Source of the DNA: Felis catus
Taxonomy: Eukaryota
Direction: 5' to 3'
DNA length: 60,000 bases
Assembly (NCBI RefSeq): GCF_018350175.1
Contig: NC_058368.1
Span: forward strand, 47,928,001 to 47,988,000
Position 1 is the first letter of the stretch. Each line of letters begins with the position of its first letter. Shown here in pieces: positions 11,341 through 23,079 of this stretch. The notes under the pieces were generated by a model. It made no database searches. It was not told where the DNA came from and saw only the letters and a list, made by a program, of their open reading frames with translations. The position numbers and the translations under genes were made by a program.

Positions 11341-13039
11341 CAACGCAATTAACTTTGGGTTGTTACGGGCAACACTGGGTTATCTCTTTACATTCTTTCT
11401 ATGTGCATTTGGCGTGTGTTTCTTTATTTGCTTTGGTCCCATCCTAACAGTACCTGTCCCTCCTGATCGTTTTCTAGTTGCTTCCCTAAAGCTTCTGTCT
11501 CTCACAGGATTTGGCTTTCTCCTGGAGCAAGTATTATCTGCCGCCACACGCTATCTGCTCCTTTGGATCATATTTTCCTTCCTTTGTGGGGACGACCGAA
11601 GGTTTACCGTGGCTGCGCTGCAATTGGCAGCTGTCAGAATCAAAACTCATTAATAAAAAAAAGGATAATGCTTCAAAGTACATTACATTACTCCTTCAAA
11701 GTCCTTTGTGAACATTATCTTATTAATCATCACAATAGCTCAGGGGAAGATAAACATTGTTGGTTATCTTACCTAGATCATATTTTGAAGGAACTTTTTT
11801 TTCTTGTTATTGTTTGATTATGCTATGAAATGTGGATGGTAATTTTCATATTGGCTATTTGGATATAATTTGATATGCTGATGTAAAAATTTCCCTGGAT
11901 CGGTAACGTGGTTTTTATTTTTATTTTAGCTGTCTCACCCAGACTCTTGTCAAATTCTTTCCAGGGAGCTGAGCAAAGAATAACAAGCGAAAGCCTCAGA
12001 TATTTCTGCTCAAGGACTGGGATTTTCGGGATAGTGTGAGACTCATTAAACCATCCTTGGTTCATGCTCTAGAAATTGAAAGCTGAATTATCTGTGCGCA
12101 TAGTAGGTGCTCAAGTGATGGTCGAATGACTGAATGATGCACTCATTTATAATCTGGATGTTTAGATGAAAGGTTTATGTAGGAAATTAGTATGCCCGTC
12201 AGGAACTCCACTAGTAACTGGTATCGAATAGCTAAAAGAGTATTCTTTTAGGAAAGGAATTTTATTTAGAAAACTGGTTTAAAAAAATTCACTCAATAGT
12301 TCTGTCCCCGTCTCACCTCTAGTTTCCTGTATTTCCTTTTCTCATAACACTTTTCACACATTTGATAATATATTTGTTTACAACTTTCATTTCCCTTCTA
12401 TGGCAGGGATCATATCTCCCTGTGTACCTGATTTATATGGCCAGTTGAGTTGACCGTTAAATTGAAACAAGTTAACTAGAGAAATCCTCTCTGTAAAACG
12501 ATTGAAAGGAGGAAAGGTTGAATTTCAAACTTCTAGGAAGGGATTGCCTAATAGTTGGGCACTGTATTCAAATTGGGCATCAGTTACGCTCAGTGCTCTT
12601 TGGTGACGAGTTCGAAATCTTTGAATAATTTGACAAATTGCACAGTCACTGGAAGATTTTTTTCCTTTAAGAAATGAGCAATGTCACAGATGATTTCGGC
12701 ACTTTCTGCTTTCTAAGATGGAGTCTTATTTTGTACGAGTGTCCCGGGGGGGAATCGCCATCGGTGCAACCATACCCCTGTTATCTTTGGTGCTGCGAAA
12801 GTGTGTTGGGGTGAGACTTCATGAAATTTACCTCAAATTTCTTTCTAGTTCAGGAAAACATTTCTGACTTCATAGATTCTGTCAGCTGTGCCCACCCCAT
12901 CAATATAGACTTAAAACACCAGGCTAACATCAGGCTACCGTGCTAATCTGCCTTTTCTCCACACAACAGTTTTGTGGCAATGGGTGTGGAGATGAGTGCA
13001 AGGGTGGAACATTTCTCTTGTCTTGTAGTTCTGTAGTTT

Positions 13040-13136
13040 TATTTATTTATTTGTTAGTAATGTCTACACCCAACATGGGGCTTGAACTCATGATATCAAG
13101 AGTCACAACCTCCTCTGAGCCAGTCAGCTGCCCCCT
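13040..13136 (-). mobile_element. Short old Can-SINE (SINEC_old-like)
   Basis: tctacacccaacatggggcttgaactcatga...agagtcac...gagccag...gcccc; no (CT)n. Confidence 0.75.
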
Positions 13137-13561
13137 TCTTAATGGTACTACAGGTAGTGCTGGCCTCCAGGACAAAGAAGGGTGCTTTCTGAAAACCCCC
13201 TCAGTGTGAATATGCTCTGGAAAACTTTCTCCAACCCCCAGGGCATTGTGACCCATTTTTGAGAAATGCCTGAATAGAACATGCAGGCTTCTATATATAC
13301 CACTTTTTAAGATTGGGAGTTAAAACATCTTTATATCTTTCTAAAATCTTGTTCATTCTTGCCTTTTTGTCTTTCAGTAAGAAAGTTGGTACTGACATCC
13401 CATTGAGGAAGCATAGCAAAGAAGATTAAAAGTGATTTTAGACTCCAGTTAATAATGTGTACCCTCCAAAGCTCTGTGCTGTAGAGGAAAGAATCTTAGT
13501 CAAGCCTCCCAGAAAAATAATACTTTAAAAGCAAAATTCAAATTATTAAAAAAAAATTCTT

Positions 13562-13745
13562 GGTGCACCTAAGTGGCTCAGTTGGATGAGCATCTGGCTC
13601 TTGATTTCGGCTCAGGTCGTGATCCCAGGGCTATGGGATGAGTCCATGCTGAGAGCATGGAGCCTGCTTTAAGATTCTCTCTCTCCCTCTTCCTCTGCCC
13701 TTCCCCCACTCATGCTCTCTTTCTCCCTAAAATTAAAAAAAAAAA
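13562..13745 (+). mobile_element. Can-SINE (older subfamily)
   Basis: Head, (CT)n, poly-A; TSD aaaaaattctt. Confidence 0.93.
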
Positions 13746-13895
13746 TTCTTCATAAATCCAGATTCCTCAGTTTCAGCTCTTAAGCTTTGCACTTAGTAGA
13801 ACTCATACTAGAATCGATTTCCTTGTTTTAACAAAGTACTATTGTTTTGATGAAGTGCCAGTGCCTCAATTGTCCATGTTTTGCACAGCAATTTT

Positions 13896-14116
13896 TTTTT
13901 TTTTTTTTTTTTTAGTGTTTATTTGTTTTTGAGAGAGAGACAGACAGAGTGCGAGCCGGGGAGGGGCAGAGAGAGAGGGAGACACAGAATCCGAAGCAGG
14001 CTCCGGGCTCTGAGTCATCAGCACAGAGCCCAACAAGGGGCTCGAACTCACGAATCGTGAGATCATGACCTGAGCTGAAGTCGGACGCTTAACTGACTGA
14101 GCCACCCAGGCGCCCC
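13896..14116 (-). mobile_element. Can-SINE
   Basis: TSD tgcacagcaatttt (13882-13895, 14117-14130). Confidence 0.97.
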
Positions 14117-15439
14117 TGCACAGCAATTTTAAAGTGGGTATTCAAAGCAAGTGTGACCATGATTGGTATCTTGAGCAGTCTGCTAAATCCTCAATGCTGA
14201 AACTTCTCTCAGGAAGCTTATTGCAGCTTTTGGGAGCTACAGGATTCTTCATGTAACTTGATATTCCACAGACTTTTTTTCTAAAAGAGTGGAACCTATT
14301 CTGAAGGTAAACCTTATAGCTAGGTCATGGTTTGGGTGGAGGAGCCCAAGAAGTTGACAATAAGCAAGTGGGCCAACCAGCCCCCAACTTCTTTTCAAGC
14401 ATGTTGACTCCCCTGGTGATTTAGCTTTTCTTGGTCCTGAGCTCTGTCATCTGGTGATCAGGAAATCAAATGTTTTCTAGAATTCTTGAATCTCTTCCTT
14501 GCAAACCAAGCAGTCACAGTTCGAAAGCTACTACAGCAAAGTTCTAGCTAGAACTTTGCAGTTGGAAGACTGAGAAGAATTTCCAAACTGTTTACCTTTC
14601 TGTTCCTTCTAAAAGTTACAAATACCCTCTAAACTAGAGGAATAATTGGACGGCGAAGCTTGGAAGATTGATATTAGAGTTGGCAAGTTTGAAGTTGTAA
14701 TATCCATGACTTATTTTGGAGAAGGAAAGCTTATAACTGGATGGCCATTCTGTTCCAGTCTTCAAGATAAATTTAATTTGATCTATAGGAGTCAATCCCT
14801 AACCTTTTGAGTTGCCAAGTGGAGGCAGGAGAAATTGATGGGGTTCATTTTTTTCAAGCATCAACTATAAGACCCAATTGAAAGACTAACAGACATCTCT
14901 TTCATGTCTTGGTTTCCTCCTCCCTGGCCCTACCACCATTTTCCTCTCCCACACCGATAGTTCCAGCTCTGATATAGATAGAGCAGTTACTTACCTTCTT
15001 AGAGTTCAGTTTTCTATTCTGTAACATAAGCAGACATTGCCTAAAATGATCAATATGGCCTCTTTAGTTGCTAACAATTGATAATTACGTGGGGTCTGGT
15101 CCCCCATGACCACACAGCCATGTCAGCAGTGCCCTACACAAGTCCACAGGCCTCCATTCTCTTGGATTCCAGGTACCTGACCCTGGAGTTGTGCAACACA
15201 GTGGTCCCATGTGGGGTGGTTTGAAAGGTGTGACCAAATTTCACCTCAGCCTTAAAAAATCCTTTCTTTCCAGATGCTTTGAAATGTTGCCACTGGAGAC
15301 CCAAGTTTAAATATTATTCTCTCCAGTATGATTCTTGGACAGATAGCACATTAAATCATTAGCAAGTTATGTGAATTGTTTTTATTTCCTCCATCACAGG
15401 AAGACCCTAGAGAAGTTTGAGAACTCTGGGTAGATGGGA

Positions 15440-15998
15440 TGGGGGTTGGGGGGAAAACTTCCTTTTACCTCTTATGTTCCATGGCCAGGTCTAAGCATTG
15501 GGCCGACATAAAACAGATTAACAGGGGGAAAATATACACATTTTATTTAATATTTTTGTGTACACATAAGAGTCTCCGAAGGAAAATGAAGACCCAAAGA
15601 AGCCATCAGGCCCTGAAGCTTATATACCTTTTTGAGCAAAGAACGATAAACCGTGGGGATGTGACAAGACAAAGGGGTTTGGGCTCAGGTCAGTAGATTG
15701 TGGGACAGAGACTAGGAAACATACGGGGGAAACTAATGGATGATGGGGGTTATTTTAGTAGGTCTGTTTGTACGAGGCCTCGTTGGCATGGACTCCTTGC
15801 CTTCAGTGATAAGAACGTTCTTCTTTTCCTGGCTCAGGAAGGGAACCTTTCCCATGGGAAATCTGCTTACCTGCTCTTAAGTAGAAAGGGAAAGTTCAGA
15901 AAGCCCTTCCCTCATTTGCTGTTTCTCAAGTACCTTCAGCTCAAAAGACTTAGTATGTCAAAGTGGCATTTTGCAGAGGCGTGCTCTGAAGCCCTTCA
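15440..15998 (-). mobile_element. ERV1 solo LTR (MER34/MER39-like)
   Basis: Reverse strand starts tgaagggcttcaga...aaaatgccactttgacata...ttttgagctgaaggtacttgagaaacagca; ends ctgttaatctgttttatgtc...gaggtaaaaggaagttttcccc. Confidence 0.75.
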
Positions 15999-16043
15999 CG
16001 GGAGACATGGTAATGGTGAGGAAGGGGGGAGGTAAATGAAGGT

Positions 16044-16260
16044 TTTTGAGCCAGAAGTAACTAAATTCAAATCTCGGATCCGTTGATAAGTTGTGTGACC
16101 ATGGGTCATTAATTAATTAATTAGGGCATTGTAAGCCTCAGTTTCCAAATCTGTAAGACTGTGCTATATTCCCTTGGAGAATTCTTGTGTAGACTCACCT
16201 GTATACTGCATGAAGCACCTTATGTAGTTGGCGCTCACTACACAGGGCGATTACTTATTA
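16044..16260 (+). mobile_element. MIR
   Basis: Core tgtgtgaccatgggtca...gcctcagtttccaaatctgtaa. Confidence 0.75.
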
Positions 16261-18285
16261 CCTCACAGTTTCCCCTGAAGCGAGATCTGCTTTTCGACAT
16301 TTCCATCATCCAGTGGAAAAAAAAACTCAAACAGAAGTCTTGATTTTCAAGGGAAAAACAGGCACACCTTCCCACTTGTGGAACAACTTTTTTATTTCAT
16401 AATCCTCTGTGCCTGTGGCACAGTCGGACCGGGATGCCAAGAAGTACTTGTTCTCTGATTTTCCTCACGCATCCTCTGGTACCTCTGAGTTGTTTGGCAC
16501 GTGTTTTGAAATGTGAAAATGGGATGGTGCTCTCTAAACGGTAAAATCATTATGTTAAAAGCTCATTTTATTTTCTTCCATTTGAATATCAACTATAATG
16601 CTGGAGATATTGTGTTTTTTTTTTTTTTTTTTAGACTGGGTTTTTTCTCTCTCTTTTTTATCTGTCTTCCATTAGAGAAGTAGTTTTTGATTGCTTACAC
16701 CATTTGTTTTGTGGAAATAAGAGTCTATTGTTCTATCAGAAAAAAAAACATACTGTAATAATCATTTAGAATGAGAAGGAAGGGAAGTATTTTGGAAAAA
16801 AATAATTCCTTTCCCATATTTCTCTTAAGTTGTATATCTTGGAACTAGTTTTCCGTTGTAAGGACGTTCTCTCTTGTTTACGGAAAAAAAAAAATCTCTA
16901 AGAAGACAAAACCCATAGGATTTGTCCATTTTCCTAACTAATTTTCAGGCACAATGCAAAGCTGCCATTAAGAATCTCTGTTCTTTGTCCAGTCCAATTT
17001 AAAAATATTTCTTTAGAGATTACAAAAGATTTCAAAAACATGTTAAAGGACTCTTCTTAAAAAGTTGACTCCCCTTGGGAACTTGGAAATCAGAATTTTA
17101 AACTGTTCTTCCTAGCCGCCTCTGAAATTTAATCTTGAATAGCATTATATTACCTTCCTCACAGTGGTTGCCCTGATCTCGCTTTCAGACAGCGCGAGCA
17201 CAGAGATGGGAGGCGGCCAAGCGGTGTACCCCACTTGGAGGTTTTATTCCCATTTTCTTCTTTAAATCTCAGTTCACCCTGTAGATTGTACAAGTAGAGT
17301 CTTTTTATGGACATTAGTTCCTTTTCTCTATCTAGAAATATTTGCACCGAGGCATGTTTGTTAACAATTTTTCTTTGCCTATCTTAGGTGTGTTAGTGTT
17401 TTCCCTTAGCAAACAGATCGTAAATTCCGTGAAGCTAGGGGACCCTGTATAATTCTGGAATTCCCTATGGTGCTTAGTTCAGTTCCGTGTAGCTGGCCCA
17501 TAAATACTGTACTTATCCATTTATTGGTTGATTATCCGTTGGTCAATCTGTAATCCAGTAGAAAATTAGAAAGGCTTGGGGCTCTCTCTTTACGTTCAAT
17601 TCGGCTAACGGGAAAGAATTTCGAGAGCAAAACACCCACTTATTTCTCTGGCCTCATGACGCACCCCTTCCCTCCTGATTCGGTTTGAGCTGTAAAAGAC
17701 AAACCAAGACAGCAGCGCTCAGTTCAGCCTTATGCTTTGAAAGATGGAGAGATGGGGCAGGTTCTCAGAACGTTTTGTGTTAGATCTGCCAGGTGTAGTT
17801 TCGTTACACCCTCAGAGGGTAAGGCAGACAAACACAGCTTTTGGATGATTTACAGAGACACTTCCTCTGCTCAGGAGAGATAATGAAGAATTGGCTGCAC
17901 TTCTATTTCACAGTGTTTTGTGGGGCTCTTCTTGAAGGAGCGATGTGATCACACAGACTTATCAACGTTAGTTTGTGGGAGAGCGTTAGCCTTCGTCTCC
18001 TCCAGCTCTGCCATCGTATTCCAGAGAGGCTCAGAGAGGCTCTCTGAGTGGCCAGAGGCATCACCAGGATGAGATTCTTTATCTAGTTCCCCTTCTACCT
18101 TGCTTCACCACTTCTCTTTGATAAAGGGATTATCCCAGGTTCAGAGACAAGCTTCATCTTTTTCTTTTCTGATCTACCTTGCTTACTAATAAAATGGAGA
18201 TACCACAGTAATGAAAATGTTTGCAATTTCCACCTGTAACTCATGGAAGTTAATGTTGAGAGTTAGATCAAAATGTGAGGCACTG

Positions 18286-18502
18286 GGGGCGCCTGGGCAG
18301 CTCAGTTGGTTAAAGGGTCCAACTTTGGCTCAGGTCATGATCTCACAGTTCATGGGTTCGAGCCCTGCTTCTGTCTCTGTGCTGACAGCTCAGAGCCTGG
18401 AACCTGCTTCGGATTCTGTGTCTGCCTCTCTCTCTCTGTCCCTCCCCCGCTTGCACTCTGTCTCTTTCTCAAAAATAAATAAGCATTAAAAAAACAATTT
18501 AA
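18286..18502 (+). mobile_element. Can-SINE
   Basis: TSD aaaaYgtgaggcactg (18270-18285, 18503-18518). Confidence 0.97.
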
Positions 18503-18709
18503 AAAACGTGAGGCACTGTAAGCTACTTAGAAATTTACCATATAAGGTGTAGTTTTGAAGTTAAATTAAAAAAAAAAAAAGGACAATCGTGGAGCAAGGC
18601 CAAAGACTAAATATCTACCATTGTTTTCCCAGTCACTTCATGCTAATACATTTAAGTTTGTATAACAATGAATACAGGATTTTTAGAAGATGTATAAAAA
18701 GTAGCTCTT

Positions 18710-18927
18710 AGGCATCTTGGTGGCTCAGTCCGTTGAGCGTCTGACTCTTGATTAGGCTCAGGTTGTGATCTCACAGTGTGTGAGTTTGAGCCCCAAGTCG
18801 AGCTCTATGCTGACAGCGCAGAGCCTACTTCCATTTGTCTCTTTCTCTCTCTCTCTCTGCCTCTCCTGCATGTGCTCGCTCTCTCTCTCTATCTCAAAAT
18901 AAATGGATAAACTTCCAAAAAAAAAAA
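18710..18927 (+). mobile_element. Can-SINE
   Basis: Head/(CT)n/poly-A; TSD aaaaagtagYtct. Confidence 0.94.
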
Positions 18928-19240
18928 AAAAAGTAGTTCTGCTGGAACCAAATAGCACAGGCTTGTTATTGTTCCCATCACCACAGTTTAAAAGGTGTGG
19001 CAGGAGAAAGCTAACAGAGAATCTCAGATAAAACACAATATTGATATTTGGCATGCTCAGATGAATTTCCACCCAAAGATACCAACCCCCTTTACCCACA
19101 CTAATTATGCCTCCTCACTAGGCCAGCCCATGGCACAGTCGGGAAGTTGGCAGAGGTTGACTTTGGCTCGTTCTCCTGCCGTATGTACCCCCTTTCTTTT
19201 TTTTTTTTTTTTTTTTTTGTGCTGCTCTCCCTGTCCCTTA

Positions 19241-19681
19241 AAGGTGGTTCCTCAAAAGGCTTAACAACCACCTGCAATAGTGCACTTGCCATCAATCGTT
19301 AAGAAAATAGATTTCATAGGGGCGCTTGGGTGGCTTCAGTCGGTTGGGCATTCGACCTCAGCTCAGGTCACGATCTTGCGGTCTGTGAGTTCGATCCTCG
19401 CGTAGGGCTCTGGGCTGATGGCTCAGAGCCTGGAGCCTGCTTCCGATTCTGTGTCTCCCTCTCTCTCTGCCCCTCCCCCCTTCATGCTCTGTCTCCCTCT
19501 GTCTCAAAAATAAATAAATGTTAAAAAAAAATGAAAAAAAAAAAGAAAATAGATTTCATAGGCTTTGGCTGATCTACTGAGTCAGAGTATCTGTGAGTGG
19601 AGTCCAGGAATCTGCATTTTTGACCACACCCCCCAACACCACCCCCAGGATCTTCTGCACACTGAACTCTGACAACTACTG
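19241..19681. mobile_element. MER5-like hAT-Charlie MITE split by a SINE
   Basis: ctactgagtcagag...gagtccaggaatctgcattttt...actgaactctgacaactactg. Confidence 0.65.
19319..19542 (+). mobile_element. Can-SINE
   Basis: Perfect TSD aagaaaatagatttcata (19301-19318, 19543-19560). Confidence 0.97.
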
Positions 19682-19967
19682 AGCTAATAACCTCTCCAGA
19701 CTCCCAGAGGTTTATGTTGCTCTGCTGACAAACCTGCTCTTCTGAACTGTAGGTCACAGGTGTGATTTAATGGGAGTGCTCACCAATGATGCTGCAAATG
19801 CTTTTCTTTGTTTTAGGACAGAGGGAAACCGATCTCCTTGTGGAATACTGGGCATTTGGAGTTGAGTGAGGGAAGCGATTTTTAAAATCTTTAAATCTTT
19901 AAAATTTTAATTTATTTTTAATATTTCGTCCTTTATTTTTATCTTGCACAGAGATGTTTATTGCTAA

Positions 19968-20119
19968 GGACGCTAGGTCAGTAGAATAGGCTTGGTGTTA
20001 GAAATCAGAGAGTCTTGGGTTTAAATCTTGACTCCATCACTTATTAACTGGGTGATCTTACCAATTTACCTAACTGTTCTTAGCTTCACTTTCCTCATTT
20101 GTAGATTGGAGATAATAAT

Positions 20120-20120
<1 letters not shown>
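19968..20120 (+). mobile_element. MIR
   Basis: gggtttaaatcttgactccatcacttattaactgggtgatctt...ttcctcatttgtagattggagataataat. Confidence 0.8.
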
Positions 20121-20121
<1 letters not shown>

Positions 20122-20158
<37 letters not shown>

Positions 20159-20220
20159 GTATCTATATATGTATCTATCTATCTATATATATCTCGTGTA
20201 TATATATAGATAGATAGATA
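20122..20220. repeat. (CA)n(TA)/(TCTA) microsatellite
   Basis: Directly visible. Confidence 0.95.
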
Positions 20221-20242
20221 CTATTCTAGGAAGTAAGTGAGA

Positions 20243-20432
20243 GGGGCATCTGGGGTGGCTCAGTCAGTTGAGCATCTGACTTTGGCTCAGGTCATGATCT
20301 CATGCTTCATGAGTTTGAGCCCTGCATCGGGCTCTCTGCTGTCAGCATGGAGTCCACTTCGGATCCTCTGTCCCCCTCTCTCTGCCCCTCCCCCCCTCAA
20401 AAATAAATAAACACTAAAAAAAAAAAAGAAGA
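20243..20432 (+). mobile_element. Can-SINE
   Basis: Head and aataaa tail; TSD gaagtaaRtga. Confidence 0.94.
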
Positions 20433-20859
20433 AGAAGTAAATGAAATGGCTGTGTTTAGAGGCTTGCCTAGGATACACTTGATGCCCCAAACATATTCTA
20501 TGCCTTATACTAATTGGTTGTGGGGAGGTAAAGTGGTAATAAAGACATAATTTCCTTCTACCAAAGAGCGTAAGTGAAATCAAGGAGAAAGATCCGTAAA
20601 TTGTTTCTATAGGATGTAAGTGTTAAAGCAACATTCATTCATTTGACAAGTATTAAGTGTTTACTACATGTATTTACAGGTATCTTCCAAGTTAGGCATA
20701 GACAGTGTAGTTAGGCATAAATACGACAAAGAAGCTTCCTCATGGAGCCTATGTGAGGGGTGGAGGACAGAATATAAACTAGCGCACAAATAATTAAATG
20801 GATGACTTCAAATATTGAGAAGTGCTATGAGAGGAGAAAAGCAGGGTAACGTTAGAAAG

Positions 20860-21301
20860 GTATATTGGTTTTGTAGCGTCGCTGTAACAAATTATCACAA
20901 ACTGGGAGGCTTAAAAACAGCACAAATTTATTCTCTCACAGTTTTAGGGGCCAGAAATCGAAAATCAAGGTTTCCGGGAGGTTCTGAGGGACATTTTGAT
21001 TCATGCTTTTCTTCTAGCTTCTGCTAGTTGCTGGCAATCCTTGGCATTCTTTGGCTTATAGGAGCATAACTACCTTTTCTGCCCCCATTTTCCCATTGCC
21101 TTTTTCTCTCTGCGTCTGTGTGTCTTCTCTTCTTATCAGTACACCTGCCATTGGATTTAGGGACCCCTCTAAATCTAAGATGATCTTATCTCAGGATCCT
21201 TAACTTAATTACATTTGCAGACACTTTTTTTTTTTCCAAAATAAGGTCAACTTCACAGACTTGGACATAATTTGGGGGGTACAATGATTCACTCCACTGC
21301 A
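20860..21301 (-). mobile_element. ERVL-MaLR solo LTR (MLT1C-like)
   Basis: gctgtaacaaattatcacaaactgggaggcttaaaa...tttattctctcacagtt...ttctagcttctg...taattacatttgcagac. Confidence 0.88.
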
Positions 21302-22177
21302 AGAGGGGGTGTGGCTGGATAAGAGATGGGTGGGCTACCTTAGGTAGGATGGTTGGAGAAAGCCTTTCTGAGGAGGAGATACTGAGCTGAGCCTTGGATC
21401 ATGGGAAGGAATCAGCCATTCAAAGAGTTCCAGTAAGAGGGAATAACATGTGTGAAGGTCCTGTGGTAGAAATGAATGTGGCAGGCTCAAGGAAAGAAAG
21501 GAAGGCCAGTGTGGATGGAGCAATCAGAGTGAAGGGGAGACAGGTAAAGATATGGGATGAGGTAAGAGAGGTAAGAGAGGGGCAGATCAGACAGGGTCTT
21601 ATAGTCAATAATTCTGTGCTTGGTTTTATTGTTGCACTAGAAAGGCAAAGGAGAAGCTTTATTGGAGAGATACAGTAGGTGGACATGCAATTCAGGTGCT
21701 CAGGGGAGAAGTCCAGACCAGATACATGCTTGCTAGTCATCCAAATATAGACGGTATTTTATGCAATGGCACAGGATGTGGTCACTTAAGGAAAGAATGG
21801 CAAAAAAGAGGGACAGAGTTTTGGGTCACTTTAATATTTACAGTGCAGGAAGAGGATTGAGCAAAAGAGAGTAGGAAGGAGTGGGCTGTGGATGAGAGGT
21901 AAAAAAGAATTCTCTGGTGGTGAGGAGGCCAACAGAAGACAAGTTTTGAGAGAGAAACTGGTCAACTGTGTTGAATAGTGGAGAGAGGTGAGTAAAGTGA
22001 TGATACAACACCAACCTAGCAGAATGCCCATCAGTGATGTCTTGCAAACAGTGGCTTTAGTGGAGTGATGGAGTTGAAAGTTCAACTGATGTGTGTGAAA
22101 AGTGGGACATGGGGAAATGGAGACAGTAAGTTTAAGGTAGAATCTTTTAAGATTTTTTTTTAAGAATAGGAATATTT

Positions 22178-22392
22178 GGGGGCACCTGAGTGGCTCTGTG
22201 GGTGAAGCATCTGACTTCGACTCAGGTATGATCTCGTGGTCTGTGAGTTCAAGCCCTGCATCCGGCTCTGTGCTGACAGCTGGAGCCTGGAGCCCGCTTC
22301 GGATCCTGTGTCTCCCCCTCTCTCTGCCCCTCCCCTGCTCACCCTCTGTCTCTCTCTGTCTCTCAATAATAAATAAACGTTAAAAAAAAATA
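22178..22392 (+). mobile_element. Can-SINE nested in the tail extension of the next SINE
   Basis: TSD aagaataggaaKatttg (22162-22178, 22393-22409). Confidence 0.96.
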
Positions 22393-22419
22393 AAGAATAG
22401 GAAGATTTGACAGATTCCC

Positions 22420-22447
22420 TTTTTTAAAAAAGTTTTTATTTATTTAT

Positions 22448-22484
<37 letters not shown>

Positions 22485-22650
22485 ATGTGCACAAGTGTGT
22501 GAGTGGGAGAGGGGCAGAGAGAAAGGGAGAGAATCCCAGGCAGGCTTCACACTTCGCGTCACACCAAGCCCTGACGCAGGACTCAAACTCAGGAACCTGA
22601 GCTGAAATCAAGAGTCAGACACTGAACTGACTGAACCACCCAGGTGCCCC
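22420..22650 (-). mobile_element. Can-SINE
   Basis: Antisense head ending ggtgcccc; outer TSD ttaagattttt (22147-22157, 22651-22661). Confidence 0.94.
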
Positions 22651-23079
22651 TTAAGATTTTTGTTACGGAAAGTCAACGTGTAATTTGCCATCCTAACCTG
22701 GACAGTTTTGAGACTGAAGTGCAGTGGGGGGAGGGGGGTATGAATAAATCAAATTACGTAATGAAAAACAATCAGATTGTCAAAGCGTAATTTATATAAG
22801 GTATAATTTATCCTTTCAGGCACACAGTTTGATGAATGAAATTACATGACTTTTGAAATAATTACTTGGTAGCAAATTGGCTTTAGCAAACCTGGTGGAT
22901 TTGTAAAAGTTTCTTTCAAGAACCATTAAAAAAATTCTCTCTAAAAATAAATATGTGTAACAAAAAATTTTATCCTCAGTATATTGATTTTCTGAACAAT
23001 AAAAACAACATAAGCAAGATAATTATTCTTGGCATATGTTCACAAAATTGGAAGGAGTCCTTTACTGTATTTCTCTCCA

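Noticed and set aside
11318..11653. Hydrophobic 111-aa ORF resembling a membrane protein
   Set aside because: Starts at GTG within an L2 tail; hydrophobicity is explained by T-rich DNA; no recognisable family.
18030..18048. Hairpin ctcagagag-g-ctctctgag
   Set aside because: 9-bp arms of low-complexity GA/CT sequence; expected by chance.
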